A DNA stretch of 64,000 bases from an uncultured Hormoscilla sp. Lineage in GTDB: Bacteria; Cyanobacteriota; Cyanobacteriia; Cyanobacteriales; Desertifilaceae. The notes below the pieces were generated by a model, which saw only the letters and a list, made by a program, of their open reading frames with translations, searched no databases and had not been told where the DNA came from. Position numbers and translations under genes: made by a program. Shown here piece by piece: positions 43,915 through 55,835 of this stretch; the first letter of the stretch is position 1; every line of letters starts with the position of its first letter. Location: the NCBI GenBank assembly GCA_963921275.4, contig OZ001293.3:2368001-2432000 (forward strand). Direction: 5' to 3'.

Positions 43915-44809
43915 GGGCGTGTCATCAGTTAGATTAACGATATGGGTCCCCACCAAAAATATATAACAAGATGATTGAGTTGACAACCAGGATATATTGG
44001 TGTGATCTAAGAGGGTAAAGGTTAGAGCAGGAGAATTTGAGAAATGCGTCGCTATGCTTTAAGAGATGACCAGTGGGAGAGAATCAGGGACCTATTGCCA
44101 GGTCGGGAGGGTTATGTGGGGGGGACAGCTAAGGATAACCGCTTATTTGTCTATGCTGTCTTGTATCGATATAGAGCTGGGATACCTTGGCGGGACTTAC
44201 CCGAGCGATTTGGGGACTTGAGGGTAATTCATACGCGCCATAGTAGGTGGTCAAAATCCGGGGTATGGGAAAGAGTATTCAAGGTACTTGCGTCCGATGC
44301 CGATAACGAATATGCGATGATTGATGCCACGATATAAAGGGCTCATCAACATAGTGCAGGTGCTCAAAAAAAAGATTGCGACCAAGCCATCGGACGCCGT
44401 AAAGGGGGTTTGAGTACCAAAATTCACGCGACCTGTGACGCATTGGGGAACCCAACGGGTTTTCATTTAACAGCCGGTCAAGCTCACGATTTGGAAGGGG
44501 CTGATGTGTTACTTGATAATATTAAGGCTGATGCGTTACTCGCAGACAAAGCTTCTGATGCTGACGAACGGGTTTTGAAACGTCTTGAAGCCCAGCAATG
44601 CGAACCTGTGATTCCGCCTAAATCCAATCGAAAAGAACAACGCCGTTATGACAAATATCTATACAAAGCACGTCATTTGATTGAGAATTTTTTTGCCAAA
44701 CTCAAGCAATATCGAGCCATTGCCACCCGTTACGATAAGAGGGCTCAGAATTTCTTGGGTGCTATCTACCTGGCTGCTACTGTTGTTTGGCTTAACTGAT
44801 GACACGCCC
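43915..44809 (+). mobile_element. IS5-family (IS427-type, two-ORF) element with an in-frame stop, TSD TA
   Basis: 17-bp TIR gggcgtgtcatcagtta / taactgatgacacgccc in a CTAG context. WRDLPERFG, an A-run frameshift site, RHLIENFF and IATRYDK are present. DATI*RAHQ marks the stop. Confidence 0.9.
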
Positions 44810-44899
44810 TAGAAGTAGAAGCCAGAAAACCTTTGATTAAAGTCTCGACAGGTATCCGACTGAACCCAGACAGCCAAGCGATCGCTTCGAGACTGTTGT

Positions 44900-45904
44900 T
44901 TGACTCTTAGAGATCGGCCAACTGACAACCCACAACCCACAACTGACATGGTATATGCTTTCCTAACATGCGCCCTGTTGCTATTCACCATGTTGGTGAC
45001 AGTCCCCACTCAGGCTGTTGCCGACAGTTTAGCAGCAATTATCGATGACAACGCCCAGGTAGAAAAAGTGGCCACAGGCTTTGAGTTTACAGAGGGACCA
45101 GTTTGGGACGATGTTGGCTTCCTACTATTTAGCGGTATTCCCGCTAATACTATTTATAAATGGTGGGCTGCTGAGGAAAAACTAGAGGTATTTCGTCACC
45201 CTTCTGGAAATGCCAATGGCAATACTCTCGATAGTTCGGGGCGCTTGCTGACTGCGGAGTATGGTAACCGTCGCATATCGCGCACCTCCAAGGACGGCAC
45301 TGTGGTGACAGTGGCCAGTCAATACGATGGGAAACCGCTGAATAGCCCCAATGACTTGGTAGTTAAGTCAGATGGAAGCATCTACTTTACCGACCCTTTC
45401 TACAGCCTGAGATACTACAATCTCCAGAAACAGCCCGAAGAACTGGGGGTCTACGGTGTCTATCGGATAGCACCGAATGGGATAGTGACTCTCCTGGTTA
45501 AGGACTTTGCACGTCCGAATGGCATTGCCTTTTCGCCAGACGAGCAAAAACTCTACGTTAATGATTCCTAAAAAAGTCACATTCGCGTCTTTGATGTGAA
45601 GCCAGACGGCACCCTGACCAACGGACGTATTTTTGCCCAAGTGAAGGACTCCAGCAAACCGGGCGGACCAGATGGCATGAAAGTAGACTTGCAAGGGAAT
45701 GTATACTGTGCTGGACCGGGGGGACTGTGGGTTTTCTCACCGTCGGGCAATTTGCTGGGCATTATTGAAGTGCCAGAGGTTCCGACTGCTAACCTGGCAT
45801 GGGGCGACAGTGACTACAAAACTCTCTACATTACGGCAAGAACTAGCCTTTACCGAATTCATCTCAAAATCCCGGGGGGACGATCGGGACTAATCCCGTT
45901 CTAA
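44900..45904 (+). pseudogene. SMP-30/gluconolactonase family with one in-frame TAA (45569-45571)
   Basis: FTEGPVW, NSPNDL, PNGIAFSPD and PDGMKVD motifs. Both ORFs are in the same frame. Confidence 0.85.
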
Positions 45905-45954
45905 TAAATCTCGCCATTTGGGCCATTGTTTTGTTCTTGAGGATAGCAGCAGAA

Positions 45955-47086
45955 ATGAAAATTGATAGTAACCGCCAAAGTGGAAAACGCTCGGTATTAA
46001 TATTGAGGAGCGATCGCACCCATGTTGACCTAGATCTAGTTCTGGCTGGTTGGGCAGAAATGGGCATAAAAACTGAGGTTTTTCATGTCAACAGGCTGAT
46101 GAATGGCGAGGTAGATTTTGATGATTTCATCAAAAAATTTCACTAAAAAATTTCACTGGTCAGAAATAGGGGCGATCGATCTGCGCTATTGCCGGGGGAT
46201 GCCGCGAAATTGGGATAAAGGATATCAGCAGATTTTTCACAAGCTGAAAGAATTTCTGGAGTTACAACAAGCAGCAGGGAATGCTATTGCCGTCAATCCC
46301 TCTTTTGAAACCTTACATTGGGTACTTGACAAAGCTGGTTATCTCTCAGAAATGCAGCAAAAGGGAATTCCGACTATTCCTACGGTTATTTGGCCCCCAT
46401 CTTCAGAGGAATTTGATTTGCTTGATTATTTTAACCGTAATGGGGTCGATCGCATCGTCTTAAAGCCAGCCGTTGGTTCGGGAACAAATGGATTAGAATT
46501 CATTAACAGAGTTAAGGGATAAAACGATCAATATGAAGTAAAAAAATATAGTAGAGATGGGAACGATAGCGGGTTACAAAAAATCATCATCTTAGAAGGC
46601 GATCGGCAGTTGCGCAGTCATTTGATAGATTACCGCCAGCGCCATAAATTACCAATACTAGTGCATAATTTTGAGGAAATCCAAGGCGAAATCTCAGCAG
46701 TATTTATTAATGGCGAACCCCATTTCGTCGAACGGACATTAGGAGAAAATACGGGAATTGCTCATGAAAAATTTGGTGGAGAAAATATATTTATTCTTCA
46801 GCCGCCACTAGCATGGCAAACCTGGGCCCACAAAATATATCAAGCCTTACCAGATGTAGCCAAAAACACGGTGTCCCTGAGGATAGATATGTTTGAGCGT
46901 CCAGATGGGGAATTAATTCTGAGTGAAATTGAAGGTGCATCCCATCGAGTATTATTCCCCGAAACACTCAGCTATTACAAAGAAGATCCTACAGGGGAAA
47001 AACAAGAAATGTCAAAACTGGAGTTAAGGGAGATTAGTTTAGTCAAAAAATATATAGAAACATTATCTCAAATGGCAGGAATGTAG
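45955..47086 (+). pseudogene. ATP-grasp (RimK-like) ligase, broken by a 13-bp duplication and a stop
   Basis: DKAGYL..GIPTIPT, VLKPAVGSG, GEISAVFING, LRIDM and LSEIE motifs. aaaaaatttcact is duplicated at 46132-46157. Confidence 0.75.
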
Positions 47087-47237
47087 CAGTTTACTCATTT
47101 CATTTCTGTTATCCCATTCAGTAAGTAGTTCGTAATGATGTAATCCGCGAACTGCTTTTTTTAATGTTAGACTATATCGGTGGAAGATGGATGGCGTAGA
47201 CGCACCGTGCGATCGGGAGCTATGAGAACGCAGTAAA

Positions 47238-48089
47238 ATGACAAAAGGGAAAACAATGGACAACGCGGTACGCCGAAACTATCGCTACATCAAGGTGCAT
47301 CCGATCGCAGGTGCGATCGGGGCCGAGATCCAAGGGGTGGATCTGGCAGAACCCCTCGAAGGTGAAGTCGTTGAGGAGATTCGCCTTGCCTTTCTCGATC
47401 ACTTAGCAATCTTTTTCGCTAATCAAGAACTCACCCCCCACCAACAGCTTGCCTTCGCCCAGCAGTTTGGTCAGACAATGGAATACCCACTGATCGAGGG
47501 ACTGCCCGAATGTCCGCAGATAACACCGGTGGTCAAGCTGGAGCACGAGCGGATGAACTTCGGCGGCATATGGCATTCCGATACCACCTATCTGGAGCGT
47601 CCGCCGATGGCGAGCATCCTCTACGCTGTTGAGATTCCGCCCTACGGTGGCGACACCCTTTTCGCCAACCAGTACATGGCTTACGAGACCCTCTCGGAGG
47701 GTCTGAAGAAGACTCTCGACGGACTCGTCGGCATCAACACCTCGTCGAAGGCCCATGCCTTCCTAGGGGAAGCCAGTCCAGAGCAGGAGGTGATAGTCGG
47801 AGCCCATCCGGTCGTGCGCACGCACCCAGAGACTGGGCGGAAGGCCCTTTACGTCAACATTAATCACACAAAGCACTTCCAGGGGTGGACAGCGTCCGAA
47901 AGCCGACCTCTGCTCGACTATCTCTTCGAGCACCAAGTCAGACCGGAGTTCACCTGCCGCTTTCGCTGGCAGCGCGGTTCCCTCGCCTTCTGGGATAATC
48001 GCTGCACCCAGCACAACCCGGTGAATGACTATCACGGGTTCAAACGCATCATGCATCGCGTCACATTAGCTGGCGACAAGCCGTACTGA
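47238..48089 (+). CDS. TauD/TfdA family 2OG-Fe(II) dioxygenase
   Basis: WHSDT, GGDTLFAN, HPVVRTHPETGRK, WDNRCTQH and RIMHR motifs. Confidence 0.92.
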   Translation: MTKGKTMDNAVRRNYRYIKVHPIAGAIGAEIQGVDLAEPLEGEVVEEIRLAFLDHLAIFFANQELTPHQQLAFAQQFGQTMEYPLIEGLPECPQITPVVKLEHERMNFGGIWHSDTTYLERPPMASILYAVEIPPYGGDTLFANQYMAYETLSEGLKKTLDGLVGINTSSKAHAFLGEASPEQEVIVGAHPVVRTHPETGRKALYVNINHTKHFQGWTASESRPLLDYLFEHQVRPEFTCRFRWQRGSLAFWDNRCTQHNPVNDYHGFKRIMHRVTLAGDKPY

Positions 48090-48346
48090 GTTCCAGTCAG
48101 CCTTATGGAACCGGGCGATCGCGATGAGCATTTCGCGACATCTTTGGAAAATCCCCGCGACGGGAAAGCCTATCAGGGAAAGACTTCCAGGCACTAGACA
48201 TCTAGCAGCCTTGCAAATGGTATAACAAGCAACAGAACCCAATAACGGTTGCGTGCTTTCCTCTCTTGTGAGGTAGCGCACTGCGGGTTCCCCCGTCCGT
48301 TAGTTAAACGTAAACTTAGTCATAAACTCAGAGCAAATACTCTAAC

Positions 48347-49492
48347 ATGGAATATCGATATCACGGTACAGATATAGATGGACCTACCCTCAATCCAGAG
48401 GAACTGTACGTTCGCAATAGAAACCTGAACGACCTGATTGGTAATTTTACATTTACCGGGGCCATCTATCACTTACTGACGGGCAAAGATCCGACTCCAT
48501 TCCAAGAACAACTTCTCGATCGCTATCTTGCCAGTGCGCTTTCTTCTTTAACAGAGGATGATGCAGTCATAGAAGTGATTAAAACTGTAGTCGCCTCAGG
48601 TGCAACCTATTCTCAGGCAATTATTGCCGGGTTAATGGTTGACAAAACGAAATCATTTGAACAGACGATCGCTGAGTTTGACCTAGAGGCAATAGGACTG
48701 TCTCGAGACAGTTCTATTGGACTATATTATGTCGGTCTAATTCCTTCCTTAATGGTTATTGCGCTCGAAAAAAACCCGTGGATTAGTGATGCGAAAATAG
48801 TTAACTTGACTGGGGGTAAAGACTATATCGAAGCTGTATTTACGCTCTGTACTAACAGAAATTTTAGCAACTCAACTGAGAGAAAAATATTCAACGATAT
48901 TATGGTTAGCTTGCACGCCGGCTGGGGGTTTCTGGCTCCCTCAGTCATGTTACCCCGGGTTGCCACCAGTACCAGAGTTCCTATCGACCAAGCGATCGCA
49001 GCTGGTTTTACAGGTGCAGGACCGTCCCATGTTGGAGCCTGCGAAAAAGCAATGGAGTTCTTCACTGCCATCCACAAACACTGTTCGGGAGATATAGAAG
49101 CAGTGGCGATCGAGATGGTGTCAGAGCGCCTGGCCAAAAAGGAAAAGATCCACGGTTTTGGACACCCAATGTTTAAGGTAGATTCAAGGAACCCTCGTCT
49201 ACGGTCAATTATATCGGAGATCGATCTGCGATCGGACTTTGTTCAAATTTACGATATTACGGCACAGTTTTTGAACGAGAAACTGGGAATTTATCCAAAC
49301 ATTGATAGCATTAGCGCTGCAGTATTTTTGTCTCTGGGAATGAGACCCCCCTATGGAACGGGACTATTCCTCTGTTCGCGCACTTCGGCAATGGTTGCTC
49401 ATATTCTGGAGCAAAAAGATAAACCTCCTTTTGGTGCCACCAGTGAGGAGATTCGCAAATGGTTTGGCCCCTTTGCTGTCGGCGTGAAGTGA
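48347..49492 (+). CDS. Citrate synthase-like / citryl-CoA lyase-like protein
   Basis: GPSHVGA, IHGFGHP...DSR, PNIDSI and LFLCSRT..MVAHILEQ motifs. Confidence 0.78.
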   Translation: MEYRYHGTDIDGPTLNPEELYVRNRNLNDLIGNFTFTGAIYHLLTGKDPTPFQEQLLDRYLASALSSLTEDDAVIEVIKTVVASGATYSQAIIAGLMVDKTKSFEQTIAEFDLEAIGLSRDSSIGLYYVGLIPSLMVIALEKNPWISDAKIVNLTGGKDYIEAVFTLCTNRNFSNSTERKIFNDIMVSLHAGWGFLAPSVMLPRVATSTRVPIDQAIAAGFTGAGPSHVGACEKAMEFFTAIHKHCSGDIEAVAIEMVSERLAKKEKIHGFGHPMFKVDSRNPRLRSIISEIDLRSDFVQIYDITAQFLNEKLGIYPNIDSISAAVFLSLGMRPPYGTGLFLCSRTSAMVAHILEQKDKPPFGATSEEIRKWFGPFAVGVK

Positions 49493-49781
49493 AAATTAAT
49501 AGGGGAGACATGGAAAAACCCAGTCTCTCAAGGCGATAGCGCCAGCACTGATCGAGTTCCAATTAGATGTGATCGGGTGCTGGCGGCGGCTTGAGAGGGG
49601 ATTTATAAAAAAAAGATTAAGAAAAGAAAAGGTAGGACAATCCGATGACATAATCAGAGAGATTGGTTGTGAGAGTGAGTACACCGCGCTCAGAAGCGAT
49701 CGGACAGACCGCTGGCAGGGGGATAGGCAGCAAACAGTTGTCTCCCATGGCTAACAGGGTTCGTAAATATAAAGGAGGGAA

Positions 49782-50603
49782 ATGGAAATGGTACAAGATA
49801 TAGAATTTCAAGCAGAACTGATTAGTGAAATCCTGGATTTAAAAAAGAAGGTATTGCCAGGATACTTTGCAGAACCAAGAATGAAGACAAGGCTTTATGA
49901 AGCAATCTGCTATGACGTTCTGCTTTATGACAGATTGTTACGCAAGTACGGATGTCAGCGTCGCGGAGCGATATATCTGGGCGGACATAAGGGGGAAATA
50001 CTGTTAGCATTAGTTTTATTAGGATTCAAGAAAATTATAGTAGTCGAGCCACAACCGGAATTATTTAAGCAGCTCCAAGAGCGGATTACTGTAGTCAATC
50101 AATTGTTAAGTAGTTACGACAGGCTGATTGACGGCGATCCATTTACCTCGATCGAGGTTTTTCAGAGTGCCATTGGTGCTATAGATGGCGAAGCAGAACT
50201 GTATGTGACATCAAAAACGCAGCTAAGTTCGCTCTTCAAACCAAAAGCAGAAGTGTTCAATGAGGAAAAGGTTTATTCAGAGGTAGAAGTAAGTAACAAA
50301 ATCATGGTCCCGCTCAAAACAGTTGACAGGATAATAGAAGAGTCTTCAGGAGAGATATCGGAGTTTAATTTTCTCTGCATGAACATTCAAGGAAGCGAAT
50401 TAAAAGCTTTGGAAGGGGCTAAAGAAACACTCCCTCACCTACAGGAAATCTATCTGGAAAAAAGTCTGGGATCTCGCTATGAATATTGTCCGCACCCGGA
50501 AGAAATTGACGAATACCTAGTAGATCGTAATTTTGTCAAAGTATGGGCATACTTTCCGCAAAACTATGGAGTCAGTTTCGATCTGTACATCAATCAAAAT
50601 TAA
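49782..50603 (+). CDS. FkbM-family methyltransferase
   Basis: YLGGHKGE, VEPQP, SSLFKP and MNIQGSELKALEG motifs. Confidence 0.82.
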   Translation: MEMVQDIEFQAELISEILDLKKKVLPGYFAEPRMKTRLYEAICYDVLLYDRLLRKYGCQRRGAIYLGGHKGEILLALVLLGFKKIIVVEPQPELFKQLQERITVVNQLLSSYDRLIDGDPFTSIEVFQSAIGAIDGEAELYVTSKTQLSSLFKPKAEVFNEEKVYSEVEVSNKIMVPLKTVDRIIEESSGEISEFNFLCMNIQGSELKALEGAKETLPHLQEIYLEKSLGSRYEYCPHPEEIDEYLVDRNFVKVWAYFPQNYGVSFDLYINQN

Positions 50604-50618
50604 TCGGCAAATAGCAGC

Positions 50619-50713
50619 GGGTGTGGTCATGCATGCGTTGCATTAGTAGGGTGGGCACCGCCCACCAGTAGCCGGTTTTGTCTTTTTTTTACCAACTGGT
50701 TTTGACCACACCC
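50619..50713. mobile_element. MITE family C (95 bp) with 9-bp TSD AATAGCAGC
   Basis: TIR gggtgtggtca / tgaccacaccc. TSD at 50610-50618 and 50714-50722. Confidence 0.88.
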
Positions 50714-50749
50714 AATAGCAGCTTTATACGTGAAACTTACTGACAGTAT

Positions 50750-52195
50750 ATGACGAGTACGCAAGACAGTGAAATAGCAATATCTAAACAATGGTGGCTC
50801 CTATTTGCTGTGAGTTTAGTAACGTTCGTGTTCTCGCTAGATGTGCATATTGTAAATTTGGCTTTGCCAACACTGGTAGAGGATTTGCATAGCGATTTTG
50901 CCACGGTTGAGTGGGTTCCTCTAAGTTATTCCCTTGTGCTGGCGGTCCTAGTGCTTTGTGTGGCTCGCTTGGGGGACATGTGGAGCAAGAAATGGCTCTA
51001 TATAATTGGACTCGCAGCATTTACCGCCAGTTCATTGGTGTGTGGAACCGCCACGACAATTTACTTATTGATCGCAGCACGGATATTTCAGGGACTTGGA
51101 GCCGTGTTTATTGCAGTACTCTCGCCCGCGATCGTGACAGAGGTGTTCCCTGATGCCAAGCGAGGACTAGCCCTGGGGATTATTACTAGCACGGGTTGGG
51201 CGGGCGTATCATTGGGACCGACGGCAGGAGGAGTGCTTATAGAGCACTTGGGTTGGCGTTCAGTTTTCTTGGTTAACGTGCCAATTTGTTCGATCGGCTT
51301 ACTGTTGGCGATGCTGACAGTTCCCAGGGGCAGTAGCAATAGGTCAAAAAAGGATTTTGATTTTTGGGGATCGTTGCTTTTGGCGATAACCTTGATCTGT
51401 TTTTTACTGGGGATGACACGCCTACAAGAAGAGGATTTAGGTGGTAATATAACCCTGGTTTTACTGGCGATCGCGGTAATTGGTTGCGTTAGTTTTTTGT
51501 GGTCTCAGAAGCAATCAGATCGACCATTGCTGAACCTGAGTTTATTTAGATCGCTGGAATTAAGTTTCAGTCTACTGTTAAGTTTTATTGGCTATATTTT
51601 TAACAGTTGTGTAATTTTCATTTTGCCCTTTTTTCTGGAACTCGTTAAGCATTATTCCGAACAACAAGTGGGGTTATTGATAGCGGTGCTACCTATATTA
51701 GGAATCTGTGTAGGCCCTGTAGCTGGCTCCCTGGCCGATCGTTTTGGCGAAAGAAGCATTAGTACGATCGGAATGACATTATTACTGATCAGCTGCTTGA
51801 CAATCAGCACCTTTAGCCAAGAGTTGACGGTTGAGGGCTATTTATTGCGGATGATCCCTTTTGGAATCGGTATCGGTTTGTTCCAACCCCCTAACCAAAG
51901 TGCGATTATGGGCAGCGTACCTCCACAATATCTCAGTGTTGCCTCCGGACTCTGGTTCTTTTCACGAGCCTTAGGTCAGGTTATGGGTATAACGCTGATA
52001 GGCATTCTGTTTTCGCGCTTAAGTGCTAGCCAAGTCCCAGCAGACACCACATTTTCAGTGACAACAGCGCCAGTTGAGGCTTTAGTATTTGGAGAACAAG
52101 CAAGTTTTCACATTATCTCTGCCATTCTTCTCCTTGCGGTAGTTATATCTGGATTCCTATGGCAGCGGTACAATCAAGCGCTCAGATTAAGGTAA
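50750..52195 (+). CDS. MFS transporter, DHA2-type exporter
   Basis: LDVHIVNLALP, RLGD, RIFQGLG and GWRSVFLVNVP motifs; about 14 TM segments. Confidence 0.9.
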   Translation: MTSTQDSEIAISKQWWLLFAVSLVTFVFSLDVHIVNLALPTLVEDLHSDFATVEWVPLSYSLVLAVLVLCVARLGDMWSKKWLYIIGLAAFTASSLVCGTATTIYLLIAARIFQGLGAVFIAVLSPAIVTEVFPDAKRGLALGIITSTGWAGVSLGPTAGGVLIEHLGWRSVFLVNVPICSIGLLLAMLTVPRGSSNRSKKDFDFWGSLLLAITLICFLLGMTRLQEEDLGGNITLVLLAIAVIGCVSFLWSQKQSDRPLLNLSLFRSLELSFSLLLSFIGYIFNSCVIFILPFFLELVKHYSEQQVGLLIAVLPILGICVGPVAGSLADRFGERSISTIGMTLLLISCLTISTFSQELTVEGYLLRMIPFGIGIGLFQPPNQSAIMGSVPPQYLSVASGLWFFSRALGQVMGITLIGILFSRLSASQVPADTTFSVTTAPVEALVFGEQASFHIISAILLLAVVISGFLWQRYNQALRLR

Positions 52196-52315
52196 TATCC
52201 AGATTAATCAATTGTCTTTTGTATTAAGAGAAAAAATAATATGCTTCTAATAATAGAAATCCTTTTCAATCAGTGTCAACCCTGGCATGTTCGGGTCATA
52301 AATTTTGCTTGTCAA

Positions 52316-52667
52316 TCAATTACTGCGAATTCTTAGCCTTCCTTGTGATGCCGTAGCAATGGCCCCCGCCTGTAATTCCCGATCGTAACGCATGAGGACT
52401 TCGAGACAAACCGCTGCTTGTTGCTTGGCGGCTATATTGACCAAACGGATAATTCCGCAGTGAGGCTGACCGCGAACTATTGCTATTTCACCGAAATCCT
52501 TGTCAAGTGTAATTAAAATACGTCCTTCACGGTAGGCTATTGCCAAAATTTCACCAATCCCCTGGATCTTATAGCCATTCCCCTGCATAGATCGTATCAT
52601 AACTATAGGTTTGCAATTCTGCACGAACTCCACCCCAAACGCACGTGTCAAGTAGCAGTTTGCTCAT
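52316..52667 (-). pseudogene. DUF5615/PIN-like toxin with a stop and a frameshift
   Basis: MSKLLLDTCVWGG...GEWL*DPGD, then ILITLDKDFGE..HCGIIRL in another frame. ATGA-coupled to the DUF433 gene. Confidence 0.8.
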
Positions 52668-52912
52668 TTGCTTTCTATCAGTAATGGTTCCACTCGCTCG
52701 TGACTGACTAATTTATATGCATAGACCAGGCAAGCTTGGATATCTTCTGGTTCTAACCAAGCATAATCCTCTAAAATGGTTTCTGGAGTGTCCCCTGCTG
52801 CTAACATTCCTAAGATATGTTCTACTGCCAAACGACGACCCCGAATTATCGGTTTGCCGTTGAAAATTTTGGGGTTGACAGAAATCCGTTCTAATAGTTT
52901 TAAATCGTCCAT
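52664..52912 (-). CDS. DUF433 antitoxin
   Basis: RISVNPKIFNGKPIIRGRRLAVE..L..EDIQACL. Confidence 0.9.
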   Translation of the reverse strand: MDDLKLLERISVNPKIFNGKPIIRGRRLAVEHILGMLAAGDTPETILEDYAWLEPEDIQACLVYAYKLVSHERVEPLLIESK

Positions 52913-53065
52913 CGGTCAAAAATAAATTATTTGTTTCTCTTCCATTATAGCCTCAATTTACTTGGCAGTACCACTTGATATGGGCGATCGCTTATGTTTT
53001 ATGAGGAGTGGGAAGTAAGAAGTGGAAAGTGGGGAGAGAACGCCATAGGGTAGGCGGAATACAAC

Positions 53066-53530
53066 GGGTGTGGTCAAAACCTGTTGATCCTCATGATCTC
53101 TCCCAGTCGCCGGATCCTTGTGCAACTACTTTTGACCACACCCCCAACGGGCCAAGACCTGTTTTCAACCCCAACCGAGAGGTTTTCAACCCCAACCGAG
53201 AGGTTTTCAACCCCAACCGAGAGATTTTCAACCCCAGAGGTTTTCAACCCCAACCGAGAGGTTTTCAACCCCAACCGAGAGGTTTTCAACCCCAATTGAG
53301 AGGTTTTCAACCCCAACTGAGAGGTTTTCAACCCCAACCGAGAGGTTTTCAACCCCAACAGTGGGGCACCGGTTAACAGCTAGTAGGTGCCGGTTGAGAT
53401 AAAAGTACCCTAGAACTGCCCCAATACCTCTCGGATAGCGCGATAACTTATCGGGTGATCCCCCCAAACCCCCCCAACGAACGCGGGGGGTTTGGAGGGG
53501 ATCCGCCGCAACAAATGCATGACCACACCC
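53066..53530. mobile_element. Extended MITE family C element carrying a 21-bp tandem repeat
   Basis: Ends gggtgtggtca (53066) and tgaccacaccc (53530). Flanks gaatacaac / gaataaaac match 8/9. An extra internal end lies at ~53143. Confidence 0.7.
53161..53359. repeat. 21-bp tandem repeat GTTTTCAACCCCAACCGAGAG, about 10 units (one 16-bp, last partial)
   Basis: Contiguous units with no spacers. Confidence 0.95.
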
Positions 53531-53741
53531 GAATAAAACCTGTCCGGAGCGAGGGGGAAACCCAAACCGACATTGTAGGGATCCCCGTCAGGGCATTCCA
53601 CTTCCACGGGACGAGCGGTGACCCCGTACCATGCAGAGTGGCTCTCGATCGGAGATAAATGTAAATAAATGGAAATATATAACTATAGGATGAGCAACTA
53701 TCATCCCCAAAATAGGCAACGCCCATTGTTCCTGTCAAGCA

Positions 53742-53768
53742 TTAGCACTCTAGGGCAGAGAGTGCTAA
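53742..53768 (+). promoter_or_regulatory. CIRCE element (HrcA operator)
   Basis: Exact TTAGCACTC-N9-GAGTGCTAA upstream of groEL. Confidence 0.97.
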
Positions 53769-53793
53769 AGTAGCTAATGGAAACAATATGTAG

Positions 53794-55461
<1,668 letters not shown>

Positions 55462-55604
55462 TCCCAGATCCGCTTTTTTTACTGTCAGAAGCCCGCATAC
55501 CGGTGATTGACTCTTAGCAGAGCCTCTATCTTCTCCTTACCAGGTTCAGCCTGGTAAGGAGGGTAGGAGGCTCTGCCTCCGTGGAGGCCAGAGGCCAAGG
55601 CATT

Positions 55605-55814
55605 GTCCCCTGATTTGCACAAGGTCTCGTCCCCTATAGCGCGGTCCATCTCCTGGCTGATTATTGCGTGCTCTCCTCTCCGCACTCGCTTAGGCGCACG
55701 GCTGGCGCCCCACATCGCGCAGCGTGGCGGCAGCCATGCGTAGCGCCATCCGTGCTTCGGGATGCGCCGATGCCCATCATAGTCCCCACCGCTAGCAACT
55801 TCTTCCATCCACTG
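55605..55814 (-). pseudogene. Diverged remnant of the lysozyme/GH19-like catalytic segment with a GC-rich insert
   Basis: QWMEEVASG..[insert]..NNQPGDGPRYRGR parallels 56095-56207. Confidence 0.7.
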
Positions 55815-55835
55815 ATTCGGTATATCTCGCGGGGA

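Noticed and set aside
45569..45571. Programmed stop-codon readthrough or recoding
   Set aside because: Internal stops of different types occur alongside frameshifts across the window, and core genes use TAA, TAG and TGA normally. Decay is the simpler explanation.
53161..53359. CRISPR array
   Set aside because: The 21-bp units are contiguous with no unique spacers and there are no cas genes; it is a VNTR.
53008..53467. Repeat-protein ORFs (RGFQPQP, VGVENLS, LGLKTSR)
   Set aside because: They are open only because the 21-mer lacks stop codons; there is no other coding evidence.
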